Below, in pieces: positions 7,293-15,791 of a stretch of DNA of 40,923 nt. The stretch is from the NCBI GenBank assembly GCA_041946735.1, contig JBHGAY010000036.1:1-40923 (forward strand), in the 5' to 3' direction. Under the pieces are notes generated by a model that saw only the letters and a program-made list of their open reading frames with translations, made no database searches and was not told where the DNA came from. The stretch is from Candidatus Eiseniibacteriota bacterium. GTDB lineage: Bacteria > Eisenbacteria > RBG-16-71-46 > CAIMUX01 > VGJL01. Every line of letters starts with the position of its first letter. The stretch's first letter is position 1. The position numbers and the translations under genes were made by a program.

Positions 7293-10200
7293 AGAAGGCT
7301 CCTTGGGCGGCGGAGCACCGCTCGCAAGGCTTTTCCGATCTCCCTCACCCAGAGCACGCTGCTCGCCACCGCCGCGCAGACCGCCCAGTCTTCGAGGCGA
7401 AGCGGGGCTGTTTGGAACGCTGCCTGCAAGAAGGGAACGTGCACGACGGCGACCTGGCTCGCGACGGAGACGGCGAGCGCCGCCCAGAGCCATCGGTTGT
7501 GGAAGAAGCCACGGAAGGCGCTCCGCTCGTCGGAGCGCGCGTTGAAAACATTCCATACCTGGAACAGCATCAAGGTCGTGAACGCCATCGTCTGGGCGTA
7601 GCGCATCCCGAAATCCCCTGAGCCTCCAGCCGCTGTGCCCCGGGCGGCTGCGGCTCCGGCGCCGGCGCCCGCACCTCCTCCCAAGACGCCGCCGAGAAGC
7701 CCGCCCGGCAGCGCCGCGTCCAGCACCGCAAGCGTCCCGATGGCCATTACTGCGCCGACCAGGAAGATCCCGCGCCACATGCGAGGTGTGATCACTCGCT
7801 CGCCCGGCGGGCGCGGCGGCGCCGACATCAGTCCTCCGTAGACGGAGTCGACGCCGAGCGCGAGGGCGGGAAGGCCGTCCGTCACGAGGTTGATCCACAG
7901 GATCTGGGTCGCCAGCAGCGGCAGCACGAGGGCATCTCCTTCGGCGTGCAGGCCGATCCGTCGAGCGAGCAAAACGCCGAAGAACATCGTCATGACTTCG
8001 CCGATGTTCGACGATAGGAGGTAGCGCAGAAACTTGCGAATGTTCGCGAAGATGGCGCGGCCCTCCTCGACTGCGCCCACGATCGTGGCGAAGTTGTCGT
8101 CGGCGAGGATCATGTCCGCCGCTTCCTTCGACACGTCCGTCCCTGTGATCTCCATGGCGACGCCGATGTCGGCGGCCTTCAGGGCCGGCGCATCGTTGAC
8201 GCCGTCGCCGGTCATCGCGACGACCGCCCCTTGGCGTTGCAGCGCGCCGACGATGCGCAGCTTGTGCTCCGGATTGACGCGCGCGTACACGGACACCTCG
8301 CGCACGACGCGGTCGAGCTGCTCCTCGGGGAGCTTCTCCAGCTCGGCGCCGGTGACCGCCCGGTCTTTCGGGGCGTCGCCCCCGAGTTCTCCCGCGATTC
8401 CCAGCTCCGCCGCGATCACGGCCGCCGTCCGCGGATGGTCCCCGGTGATCATGATCGGGCGGATTCCGGCCCGCTTGGCCCGCACGACCGCGTCGCGCGC
8501 CTCCTCGCGCGGCGGGTCGATCATCCCGATCAGCCCGGCGAAGACCAGCTCGCGCTCGAGGCTCTCGTCGAGCGCGCCGGCCGCCGCGTTCCCGGCCCCC
8601 GTGTTCCCGGCCCGCGCGCTCCCGGCCCCCCCGACATCGTGCAGCTCCGGGTCGTACGGCATCGACCGAGCGGCGACGCCCAGCGTCCGCAGCGCTTCGC
8701 CTGCGAGCGACTCGTTGAGCCGCAGGATCTCCGCGCGTCGCTCGGCGGTGAGCGGCCGCGCTCCGTCGCCGTGGTACTCCGCGGTGCAGAGCGGCAGCAG
8801 GACGTCCGGCGCTCCCTTCGAGAAGACAAGGACGCGCTCCGACCGCTCCGTGTCGCGATGGATCGTCGTCATGCGCTTGCGCTCGGACGAGAATGGAAGC
8901 TCTCCGAGGCGCGGGAGCCGCGCGTCGAGAACGTGCTTCTCGAGGCCCGCCTTGCGAGCCGCGACGATCAGCGCGCCCTCGGTCGGGTCTCCCTGGACGG
9001 TCCATCGTCCGTCCTGCTCGCGGATCGTCGCGTTGTTCGCCCGGTCGCCCGCCGCGAGGGCACGCTCCAGCTCGATGCGCAGCGGTCCGTCGACCGTCCC
9101 CCCGCCTTCCCGGCGAACCTGGCCCGACGGCTCGTACCCGGGCCCCTCGAACGCCACCCGTCCGCTCGCCGTGGCGACGACACGCACCGTCATCTCGTTG
9201 CGCGTCAGCGTCCCCGTCTTGTCCGAGGCGATCACGCTTGCCGATCCGAGCGTCTCGACCGCCGCGAGCCGCCGCACGATCGCGTTGCGCCGCGCCATCC
9301 GCTGGACCCCGATCGAAAGCACCGCGGTCACGACTGCCGGCAGCCCTTCGGGAACGGCCGCGACCGCGAGGGCGACGCCGAGGATCAGGACCTCGAAGAT
9401 CGCCGAGGGTCCGGTCACCTGCTCGACGAGAAGAATCGTCGCGATCATCACGATCGCGATCCCGACGACGACGATGCCGAGGAGCTTGCCGGTGCGGTCC
9501 AGCTCCGCCTGGAGCGGGGTCGCTTCGTCCTTCGTCTCGCGCAGGAGGTTCGCGATGCGACCCATCTCGGTCGCCCGCCCCGTCGCCGTCACGATCGCGC
9601 GCGCACGCCCGTAGGTCGCGGTCGTGCCGCTGTAGATCATGTTCGAACGGTCGGCGAGGGGCGCCTCATCGGCGAGAGCCGCGGCATCCTTGGAGACCGG
9701 CAGGCTTTCGCCGGTCAGCGCCGCCTCGGCGCACTGGAGAGCGGCCGACTCGGCGATCCGTGCGTCGGCCGGGATCGTGTCTCCTTCCTCGACCACGATC
9801 ACGTCCCCCGGAACCAGCTCCGCCGCCGGGACGAGCCGCTTTTCGCCGTCTCGGATCGCCATCGCTTCGTCGGCCGTCAGCTCGCGCAACGCCGCGACCG
9901 CCGCCTCCGCGCGCGACTCCTGCACGTATCCCATCACCGCGTTCAGCAGCACGACGGCGAAGATCGCAAGCGCTTCGTACGGGAGCGTCGAGTCGCGCTC
10001 ATAGAGCCAGAGCGCCGCCGAGATCGCGGCGGCGACGAGCAAGAGGATGACGAGGACGTCCCGGAATTGCCCGAGGAAGCGAAGCCAGGCGGGAGTCCCG
10101 GCCTCGGACGGCAGCTCGTTGCGCCCGTAGCGTGCCAGCCGGGCAGCCGCCTCGGCGCTCGTCAGGCCGCGCCGCGCGTCCGTCGCAAACGCCGCGGCGA

Positions 10201-10390
10201 CCGCTTCGGCGCTTTGCAGGTAGGCCGGCGGGCTGTTGGCCGACGGGCTGTCGGCCGCCGTGCCTTGGGCGCGCGGCAGACCGCCGACAGGCGGACCGCC
10301 GACAGGCGGGCCGCCGGCGGGCGGACCGCCTGCGGGCGCTGCGTCCGGATGCTCGATTCGTTTCCCCGGCCGGTTCACGGGATCGTTCAC
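7289..10390 (-). CDS. Cation-translocating P-type ATPase (P2A, Ca2+-type)
   Basis: Motifs TGES, PEGLP, phosphorylation site DKTGTLT, KGAPD, MITGD, TGDGVNDAPAL and QILWINLVTDGLPALALG. GTG at 10390 follows a GGAGG SD; the start is uncertain. Confidence 0.95.
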   Translation of the reverse strand: MNDPVNRPGKRIEHPDAAPAGGPPAGGPPVGGPPVGGLPRAQGTAADSPSANSPPAYLQSAEAVAAAFATDARRGLTSAEAAARLARYGRNELPSEAGTPAWLRFLGQFRDVLVILLLVAAAISAALWLYERDSTLPYEALAIFAVVLLNAVMGYVQESRAEAAVAALRELTADEAMAIRDGEKRLVPAAELVPGDVIVVEEGDTIPADARIAESAALQCAEAALTGESLPVSKDAAALADEAPLADRSNMIYSGTTATYGRARAIVTATGRATEMGRIANLLRETKDEATPLQAELDRTGKLLGIVVVGIAIVMIATILLVEQVTGPSAIFEVLILGVALAVAAVPEGLPAVVTAVLSIGVQRMARRNAIVRRLAAVETLGSASVIASDKTGTLTRNEMTVRVVATASGRVAFEGPGYEPSGQVRREGGGTVDGPLRIELERALAAGDRANNATIREQDGRWTVQGDPTEGALIVAARKAGLEKHVLDARLPRLGELPFSSERKRMTTIHRDTERSERVLVFSKGAPDVLLPLCTAEYHGDGARPLTAERRAEILRLNESLAGEALRTLGVAARSMPYDPELHDVGGAGSARAGNTGAGNAAAGALDESLERELVFAGLIGMIDPPREEARDAVVRAKRAGIRPIMITGDHPRTAAVIAAELGIAGELGGDAPKDRAVTGAELEKLPEEQLDRVVREVSVYARVNPEHKLRIVGALQRQGAVVAMTGDGVNDAPALKAADIGVAMEITGTDVSKEAADMILADDNFATIVGAVEEGRAIFANIRKFLRYLLSSNIGEVMTMFFGVLLARRIGLHAEGDALVLPLLATQILWINLVTDGLPALALGVDSVYGGLMSAPPRPPGERVITPRMWRGIFLVGAVMAIGTLAVLDAALPGGLLGGVLGGGAGAGAGAAAARGTAAGGSGDFGMRYAQTMAFTTLMLFQVWNVFNARSDERSAFRGFFHNRWLWAALAVSVASQVAVVHVPFLQAAFQTAPLRLEDWAVCAAVASSVLWVREIGKALRAVLRRPRSLL
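10270..10338 (-). repeat. Imperfect 15-nt tandem repeat encoding (P[AV]GGP)x4 in the ATPase N-terminus
   Basis: Translation PAGGPPAGGPPVGGPPVGGLP; GGCGGACCGCC-type units repeat on the + strand. Confidence 0.6.
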
Positions 10391-10808
10391 GAACCCCCCT
10401 CCACGTCCCAGCCGCCGCTTCTCGCCAAGATCCTTCGCCATCCTCGATTCCACGAGGCCCGGCAGGCGCTGCATCACTCCCTCGTGTGCATTGCAGGCAG
10501 GGTTGCGCCATCCATCGGGGCGAGGGGCCCGGAGCGGCATGGCGGACGGACAACACGGCGCGGCACACGGCGAATCCTACCATTTCGTGCGTTCTCGGCT
10601 ACCGCCCTCCAGGTGTGGTCCGCTTCGGTACGCGCTCACGGAACGGCGTCGGCACGCGACTGGCTTCCTGCTTTCGGAATGAGTGCCCGACCCGCTCGCC
10701 TTCGTGCTTTACTCGCCACCCGTGACGGTGTCGCCGATGTGACGTCACTGGGGGTGTCGGCGTATCGACGCACTCCGCCCGGGCTCCGACCATCCACCGA
10801 GACCGACG

Positions 10809-10838
10809 TTGACAATATGCACACTTGTGCACCACAAT
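10809..10838 (+). promoter_or_regulatory. Sigma70 promoter with palindromic operator upstream of brnT/brnA
   Basis: Perfect TTGACA (10809-10814), 18 nt, then CACAAT (10833-10838). The inverted repeat TGCACA-CT-TGTGCA (10818-10831) lies in the spacer. Confidence 0.6.
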
Positions 10839-10958
10839 GACGCCGATCGAGTTCGAATGGGACCCGTGGTTTGGACCTGGAGAGGGCGCAGGATTCGTTT
10901 GATCTCCGCTCGTCGAGCCACGCGACAGGAGCGCGAACGCTACGAGGAAGGGCTATGA
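10837..10958 (+). pseudogene. brnT: BrnT-family toxin with large internal deletion and frameshift
   Basis: MTPIEFEWDP (10837-10866) is joined out of frame to VVWTWRGRRIRLISARRATRQERERYEEGL* (stop 10956-10958). These are the BrnT N- and C-terminal signatures, with the middle missing. Confidence 0.85.
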
Positions 10959-11293
10959 AGAGTGAATACGACTTCAGCAAGGCCAAGCGCGGGGCGGTGC
11001 TCCGTTCCCCTCCGGGGAAGACGAGGATCACGATCCGGATCGATGATGACCTCCTCGCCTGGTTCCGAGAGCAGGTGGAAAGGGCTGGGGGCGGGAACTA
11101 TCAGACTCTCATCAACACGGCGCTTCGCGAGTACCTCGAGTCCCGGAGGATGCGGTTCGAGGACATGATCCGGAAGGTGATTCGCGAGGAACTTCGAGCG
11201 GCGGGCCCGAGGACATCCGGCAGGTTTGCCGTCCGCGCTCGCAAGCGAACCGCGACGACGACCAGAAGGGGCGAGCTGCGGAAGAAAGAGTAA
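10955..11293 (+). CDS. brnA: BrnA-family antitoxin (RHH)
   Basis: MKSEYDFSKAKRG..KTRITIRIDDDLLAWFR..GGGNYQTLINTALREY; ATGA overlap with the brnT stop. Confidence 0.9.
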   Translation: MKSEYDFSKAKRGAVLRSPPGKTRITIRIDDDLLAWFREQVERAGGGNYQTLINTALREYLESRRMRFEDMIRKVIREELRAAGPRTSGRFAVRARKRTATTTRRGELRKKE

Positions 11294-11343
11294 AGGCGGG
11301 TAATCGCACGACGCCGCGAGCCGGAGAATCCCATCGGATCAGT

Positions 11344-12465
11344 TCACCGGTGCGTCCCGATCGTGAAGCAGACCCCCTGAGCGCCGTCGCCGCCCACCTT
11401 GTCGAAAGATTCGAAGACGTGGTGGTAACGAGCCTCCAGCATGATCTCGAAGTCGAAGGTCCTCATACTGAGCAGGCCGAGGACCAGCTCGAGGCTCGGC
11501 GCGGTGCTAGACTGCTCCTCCGTCTCCGTGTAGGTGTAAGCGCTTCCGTTATAGGTGTGCCGCAGCTCCGTCGTCCGTTCGATACGGACGGAGTGCACGC
11601 CGAGGCCGCCACCGATGTAGGGACAGACGTCGCCCTTGCCGAGGATCTTCGAGACGACGATGTCGAGGATCGTCCAGTCGACGTTGCCGCCGCCGAACGT
11701 GAAGCCGAGCAGCGACGTGGTCTCCACGAAGAACGTCGGCTGCTCGTACTTGTAGGATGCCCGGAGGCTCGTCAAGCGATCCTCGCCCGCGTAGCTGTCC
11801 CCCGTCGGGAACAGGAACCCGGCGCGAAACCCGAGACCCGAGCGGCTGGAGCGGCGCAGCGGCTTGCGCGCCTCTTCCCGGATGACCGACTCGACCGTCG
11901 GCTGGTCGGAGTTCGGCCGGCCGGCCACCAATCCCTCGGCGAGGCGGCGGACGACGGTGTCCAGCTCCTCCTCGGAGATCGCGGAGAACTGCTCCCTGTA
12001 GAACGGAACGGTCTCTCCTGCCCGGATGGCACCGAGTCGGAAAATCACCTTGTCCCCGAGGCGGCTCAGCGAGCCGTAGACCGCCCGAGCGGCGGAATGT
12101 TCCGACGCGCGCCGTGCCGCGCATTCCGGCTCATCGCAGGCATCGGCGCTTGGGAGAAGCTCGCCGGCCATGGCGTCCCTCGCGATCACCCGCCATCCCC
12201 GAGAAGCGAGCTCGTCGGCCAGGAGATCGCGCGTGACGGTCGCCGTCGTGTCGCTGACCCCGATCATGCGCAGAGGCAGAACGAGCGTCGTCGCGGCGCC
12301 CTCGGCCTTCGCCGCCTCCTCCAGCGAGGCCGACGAGTTCGGCGAGGCCGGTGAGTTCGGCGAGGTCGACTGCGCCCGGCAGGGCGATGGCGCCTCCGCA
12401 AGGACAAGAACGCCGGCGAGCAGCAGGAGGCAACGAGGCGTTGCACGGTGACAAGGACGCAGCAT
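11344..12465 (-). CDS. Exported protein with TolB-N/CsgG-like N-domain and C-terminal beta-barrel-like domain
   Basis: Signal peptide LLLLAGVLVLA, then VLPLRMIGVSD..C..EC..AVYGSLSRLG. The C-terminus has amphipathic strands (PYIGGGLGVH, LEARYHHVF). Confidence 0.6.
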   Translation of the reverse strand: MLRPCHRATPRCLLLLAGVLVLAEAPSPCRAQSTSPNSPASPNSSASLEEAAKAEGAATTLVLPLRMIGVSDTTATVTRDLLADELASRGWRVIARDAMAGELLPSADACDEPECAARRASEHSAARAVYGSLSRLGDKVIFRLGAIRAGETVPFYREQFSAISEEELDTVVRRLAEGLVAGRPNSDQPTVESVIREEARKPLRRSSRSGLGFRAGFLFPTGDSYAGEDRLTSLRASYKYEQPTFFVETTSLLGFTFGGGNVDWTILDIVVSKILGKGDVCPYIGGGLGVHSVRIERTTELRHTYNGSAYTYTETEEQSSTAPSLELVLGLLSMRTFDFEIMLEARYHHVFESFDKVGGDGAQGVCFTIGTHR

Positions 12466-12828
12466 GGAAGTCCTTCCGATCTTGCGTCCTCGCGGATCGA
12501 GGGCGCGGCCGCCAGTCCCCGAAACGTGATAATTGTGATCCTGATACGGCGACGCCGGCAAGCGCTGAGCTACCCCGCCCGGGATCGAGACCGAGCCCGG
12601 GCCTCCCCCCCCCGGCCGCCCGGCGATCCAGCGAATTCCCTTGCCCCCTCCTTCCCCGCCGGCTACCGTTCGGTCAGTTGGTTCGCCGATGTCTGGCCTG
12701 CGCGGTTTCATTAGCTCGACGCTGCTTGGTCTCCATCGTCCTTCCTTCTGGACCCACCCAGGGTCCCTTTCCAAAGGATCCGGAGAGAAAGAAAAGGATC
12801 CGCTTTCCTTGATCAAAGGAGAATCACG

Positions 12829-13131
12829 ATGGGTTCCAAGCTGTACGTAGGCAATCTGAGCTTCGAGGTCGGCAACACGGAACTGGAGGAGATCTTCACT
12901 CCGTACGGTTCGGTCCGAAGCGCGCAGGTCATCATGGATCGCGACACGGGCAGGAGCAAGGGCTTCGGCTTCGTCGAGATGGGTGGAGACAGCGAGGCGG
13001 CCGCGGCAATCACGGCGCTGAACGGCCAGGAGTTCAAGGGCCGCGCCCTCACCGTCAACGAGGCGAAGCCGCGCGAGGATCGTGGCGGCGGCCGGTCCTA
13101 CGGTGGCGGAGGCTCCTCGCGCCGCTACTAG
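12829..13131 (+). CDS. RRM (RNP-1) RNA-binding protein with Gly-rich tail
   Basis: RNP2 KLYVGNLS, RNP1 RSKGFGFVEM, LTVNEAKPRE and a GGG tail; AAGGAG SD. Confidence 0.95.
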   Translation: MGSKLYVGNLSFEVGNTELEEIFTPYGSVRSAQVIMDRDTGRSKGFGFVEMGGDSEAAAAITALNGQEFKGRALTVNEAKPREDRGGGRSYGGGGSSRRY

Positions 13132-13189
13132 TCCGATAGTCCGATCTGAGCCGACGAACCGTATCCGGTTCGGCGCCAGCGACGCATCC

Positions 13190-13231
13190 AGGGGAGGGCA
13201 GCTTCGGCGGCCCTCCCCTCTCATTCTCTCC
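13190..13231 (+). terminator. Hairpin terminator between convergent RRM and radical SAM genes
   Basis: AGGGGAGGGC (13190-13199) pairs with GCCCTCCCCT (13210-13219) around a GC-TTCG-GC cap, followed by a pyrimidine tract. Confidence 0.6.
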
Positions 13232-13237
13232 CTCAGT

Positions 13238-14914
13238 TCAGGCGGAGAGCCTCGTGACGGTGACCGCCGCCCCGTCGGCAATTGCGGGCGCGCGCGCGGG
13301 GAAGTCCGCCGCCACTTCGGTGGTACCGGGCGCGTCCATCCGCCGGACGAGCCGCGCGTCCAGAAGGGCCGCGAACGGGCGGAGGTGGAGATAGAGCGCC
13401 GCCTGAGAGAAGACGACCCTCGCGGCGCGCGGGTTGTGCACCAGGCAGTCGCCGAGAGCACGCCAGAAGGCGCCCATCGCGTCCCGATCGAGGATGCCGA
13501 CCCGCCAGGTGATCCGGCCGAACGACCGCAGATCCCGTGGCAGCGAAGAAAGCGGCCGGCGGATCTTGTGTTCCCTCAGATCGAGCTGCCGAGCCAGGCG
13601 GCTCACGCGGGCGAAGAAGGCCCGCGGCTCGTAGATACGCTTCAGGACGGTCCGATAGTCCTCGATCATCTCGCGGCGCGGGCGAATGGTCGTGTAGTTC
13701 AACCCGGACGTGCACTGGTCCGAATCTTCCTCTCCTCGCGGACGATCGGATTCGGCGTGCAGCCTCCCCTCCGCATGGAGCCTGCGGAAGAGCCGCGTGT
13801 TGGGGAGGGCGTAGAGCAAGCCGACCATGCAGACCGGAATCGCCGCCTCCTCGATGCAGTGAATCATTTCCTCGGCGACCGGGCCTGTCTCCCCATCGAA
13901 GCCGATGATGAAACCGGCATTCACGAAAATCCCCGCCCTGTAAATCGTGCGAATGCTTTGAACGATGTCTCGTCGGACATTCTGGCGTTTGCCCGTGCTG
14001 ACCAGCGTCGCCGCGTCGGGCGTCTCGATTCCCACGAAGATCGCGAAGAAGTTCGCGCGCTTCATGAGAGCGAGAAGCTCGTCGTCCTCCGCGATGTTGA
14101 TGCTCGCCTCCGTGGAGAACTCGAACGGATAGCGGCGCTCCTCGAGCCAGCCGGCCAGGCGCCGGAGGAGGGGCTTCACCGCCTTGCGGTTGCCGATCAG
14201 ATTGTCGTCGACGAAGTCGACGTGGCCGCGATAGCCGAGGGCGTAGAGCGCCTCCAACTCGGCGATCATCTGATCCTCGGTCTTGACGCGCGGGGTGCGG
14301 CCGTTCAGCTCGATCACGTTGCAGAACTCGCAGGTGAACGGGCAGCCGCGAGAGATCTGGACTCCGACGTGCATGTAGTGGTCCAGCTTCAGGAGATCGA
14401 AGCGCGGCACGGGAGATTTCCGAATGTCGGGGAATTGCCGCGCTGCGAATTCCCCTCTCTCCATCCCCGCGCGCCACGCGCAGATGAAGTCGTCGATCAC
14501 CTCCTCGGCTTCGCCGAGAACCCGAAACTCGGCCTGTTCGTATACGTGGGGGCTCGCCGTCACGTCCGGACCGCCCACCGCGACGGGTACGCCATGCGCA
14601 TGCGCGATGGCTACCACGCGCAGCGCGTCGAGCTGCTGAGGCAGCATGCCGCCGGTCATCACGAGGTCGGCCCACGCGAGATCGGGCGCCTCGATCTCCT
14701 CGGTGTTTCGGTTCACCAGTCGGATCTGCCAGTCGCCGGGAAGGAGGGCCGCAACGGTGATCAGTCCCAGCGGCGCGGCGGAGTAACGGGCGCCGACGAC
14801 CTCGCAAGTCGCCTGGTAGTTCCAAAAGGAATGGGGACTGAAACGCGGATAGACCATGAGCACTCGGGGAAAACGGGAGCGCATGAGTTGGGTCTCGTTT
14901 GGGAAGGGCGCCAT
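13238..14914 (-). CDS. B12-binding domain radical SAM protein (DUF4070 C-terminus)
   Basis: B12-binding region PLGLITVAALLP..VAVGGP, then SRGCPFTCEFC (CxxxCxxC), FVDDNLIGN, IFVGIETP and AGFIIGFD. Start is 14914 or 14884. Confidence 0.9.
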   Translation of the reverse strand: MAPFPNETQLMRSRFPRVLMVYPRFSPHSFWNYQATCEVVGARYSAAPLGLITVAALLPGDWQIRLVNRNTEEIEAPDLAWADLVMTGGMLPQQLDALRVVAIAHAHGVPVAVGGPDVTASPHVYEQAEFRVLGEAEEVIDDFICAWRAGMERGEFAARQFPDIRKSPVPRFDLLKLDHYMHVGVQISRGCPFTCEFCNVIELNGRTPRVKTEDQMIAELEALYALGYRGHVDFVDDNLIGNRKAVKPLLRRLAGWLEERRYPFEFSTEASINIAEDDELLALMKRANFFAIFVGIETPDAATLVSTGKRQNVRRDIVQSIRTIYRAGIFVNAGFIIGFDGETGPVAEEMIHCIEEAAIPVCMVGLLYALPNTRLFRRLHAEGRLHAESDRPRGEEDSDQCTSGLNYTTIRPRREMIEDYRTVLKRIYEPRAFFARVSRLARQLDLREHKIRRPLSSLPRDLRSFGRITWRVGILDRDAMGAFWRALGDCLVHNPRAARVVFSQAALYLHLRPFAALLDARLVRRMDAPGTTEVAADFPARAPAIADGAAVTVTRLSA

Positions 14915-15313
14915 GTGATGTGGACGGGCTCTTGAAAGACGGCGGCGGGGGGGACGAAGCTCCGCGCGCCATCGGGCGCCCATTGATAGGATCCGTTCGC
15001 TCGTGGTGACGGTAGGCTCCGGGGAGACGCCTGTCCAGGAACATCCGGAAGGGAGAGCAAGTGGGGCGGCCGTTCCGCCGACGTCGCCTGGCGCGCCCTC
15101 GGCCGGCGCGCGAACCGAGATTCCAGCGTCGAAAGCTCGGGCCGATTTCACGCCGTCGGGCGAGATCGTCGTGTATAGTGGACAAAGGTTGACCACCGAT
15201 CGACTCGACGCAGTCGGTGTCCGACCTGATCGACACCGCCATCCAGGTTCCGAACGCCGCAATCCGGGTGGGCAACGACCTCCGGCGCCAACAGCAAAGG
15301 TCAGGTGATCCAT

Positions 15314-15766
15314 ATGGCGATCAAGCAGGGGGACTCCGTCACCAACTCCAAATGCTCGCAATGGGGCACCGGTGTCGTTCTCTCCATCGGCCCCAGCTCC
15401 GCGGAGGTCCGGTTTCCTACGGTGGGGCCGAAGCGGCTTCTCAAGGACGTTCTCCTTCCTTCCTCCGAGCGGGCGACCGTTCTCGACAAGAAGGGCAAGA
15501 AGGTCGACCCGGAGTTCCAGGCCCGACTCAAGGAGCTGGTCGAGGCCTTTGCGACAGCCGCGAACCACGAGATGGTCGAGAGCATGAAGGTGACGATCTA
15601 CGAAGCGTTCCTGGGCAGTGGCACGGGGAAGGCCACGATCAAGAGGCAGCTCGCTCAGTGGATCCGCACGAATCCCCACGGGCGCCAGCATGAGGCTCAC
15701 GCGGGCGCGCAGCTGCTCTACGACTTCCTCTTCCCGGAAAGTCCCCAACCGAAGAAGGATCGATAG
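15314..15766 (+). CDS. Hypothetical protein with N-terminal SH3/Tudor-like domain
   Basis: GDSVT..WGTGVVLSI....AEVRFPTVGPKRL resembles the PcrA/UvrD C-terminal Tudor-like or DUF3553 motif. AGGTGA SD; codon usage looks coding. Confidence 0.65.
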   Translation: MAIKQGDSVTNSKCSQWGTGVVLSIGPSSAEVRFPTVGPKRLLKDVLLPSSERATVLDKKGKKVDPEFQARLKELVEAFATAANHEMVESMKVTIYEAFLGSGTGKATIKRQLAQWIRTNPHGRQHEAHAGAQLLYDFLFPESPQPKKDR

Positions 15767-15791
15767 CGCTCGGCTCGTCGACGGAGCGCGC

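Noticed and set aside
7293..9005. N-terminal 570 aa of the 906-aa ORF 6285-9005
   Set aside because: It is an off-frame overlap with the P-type ATPase. The real gene starts at ATG 7292.
12466..13461. N-terminal extension of ORF 11344-13461
   Set aside because: It overlaps the RRM gene in antisense and the radical SAM 3' end. The signal peptide indicates a start at 12465.
14940..15310. Possible tRNA or known ncRNA in the larger intergenic regions (also 5400-5720 and 10400-10800)
   Set aside because: No cloverleaf, T-loop consensus or recognisable riboswitch core was found by eye. An Infernal/Rfam scan would be needed to exclude one fully.
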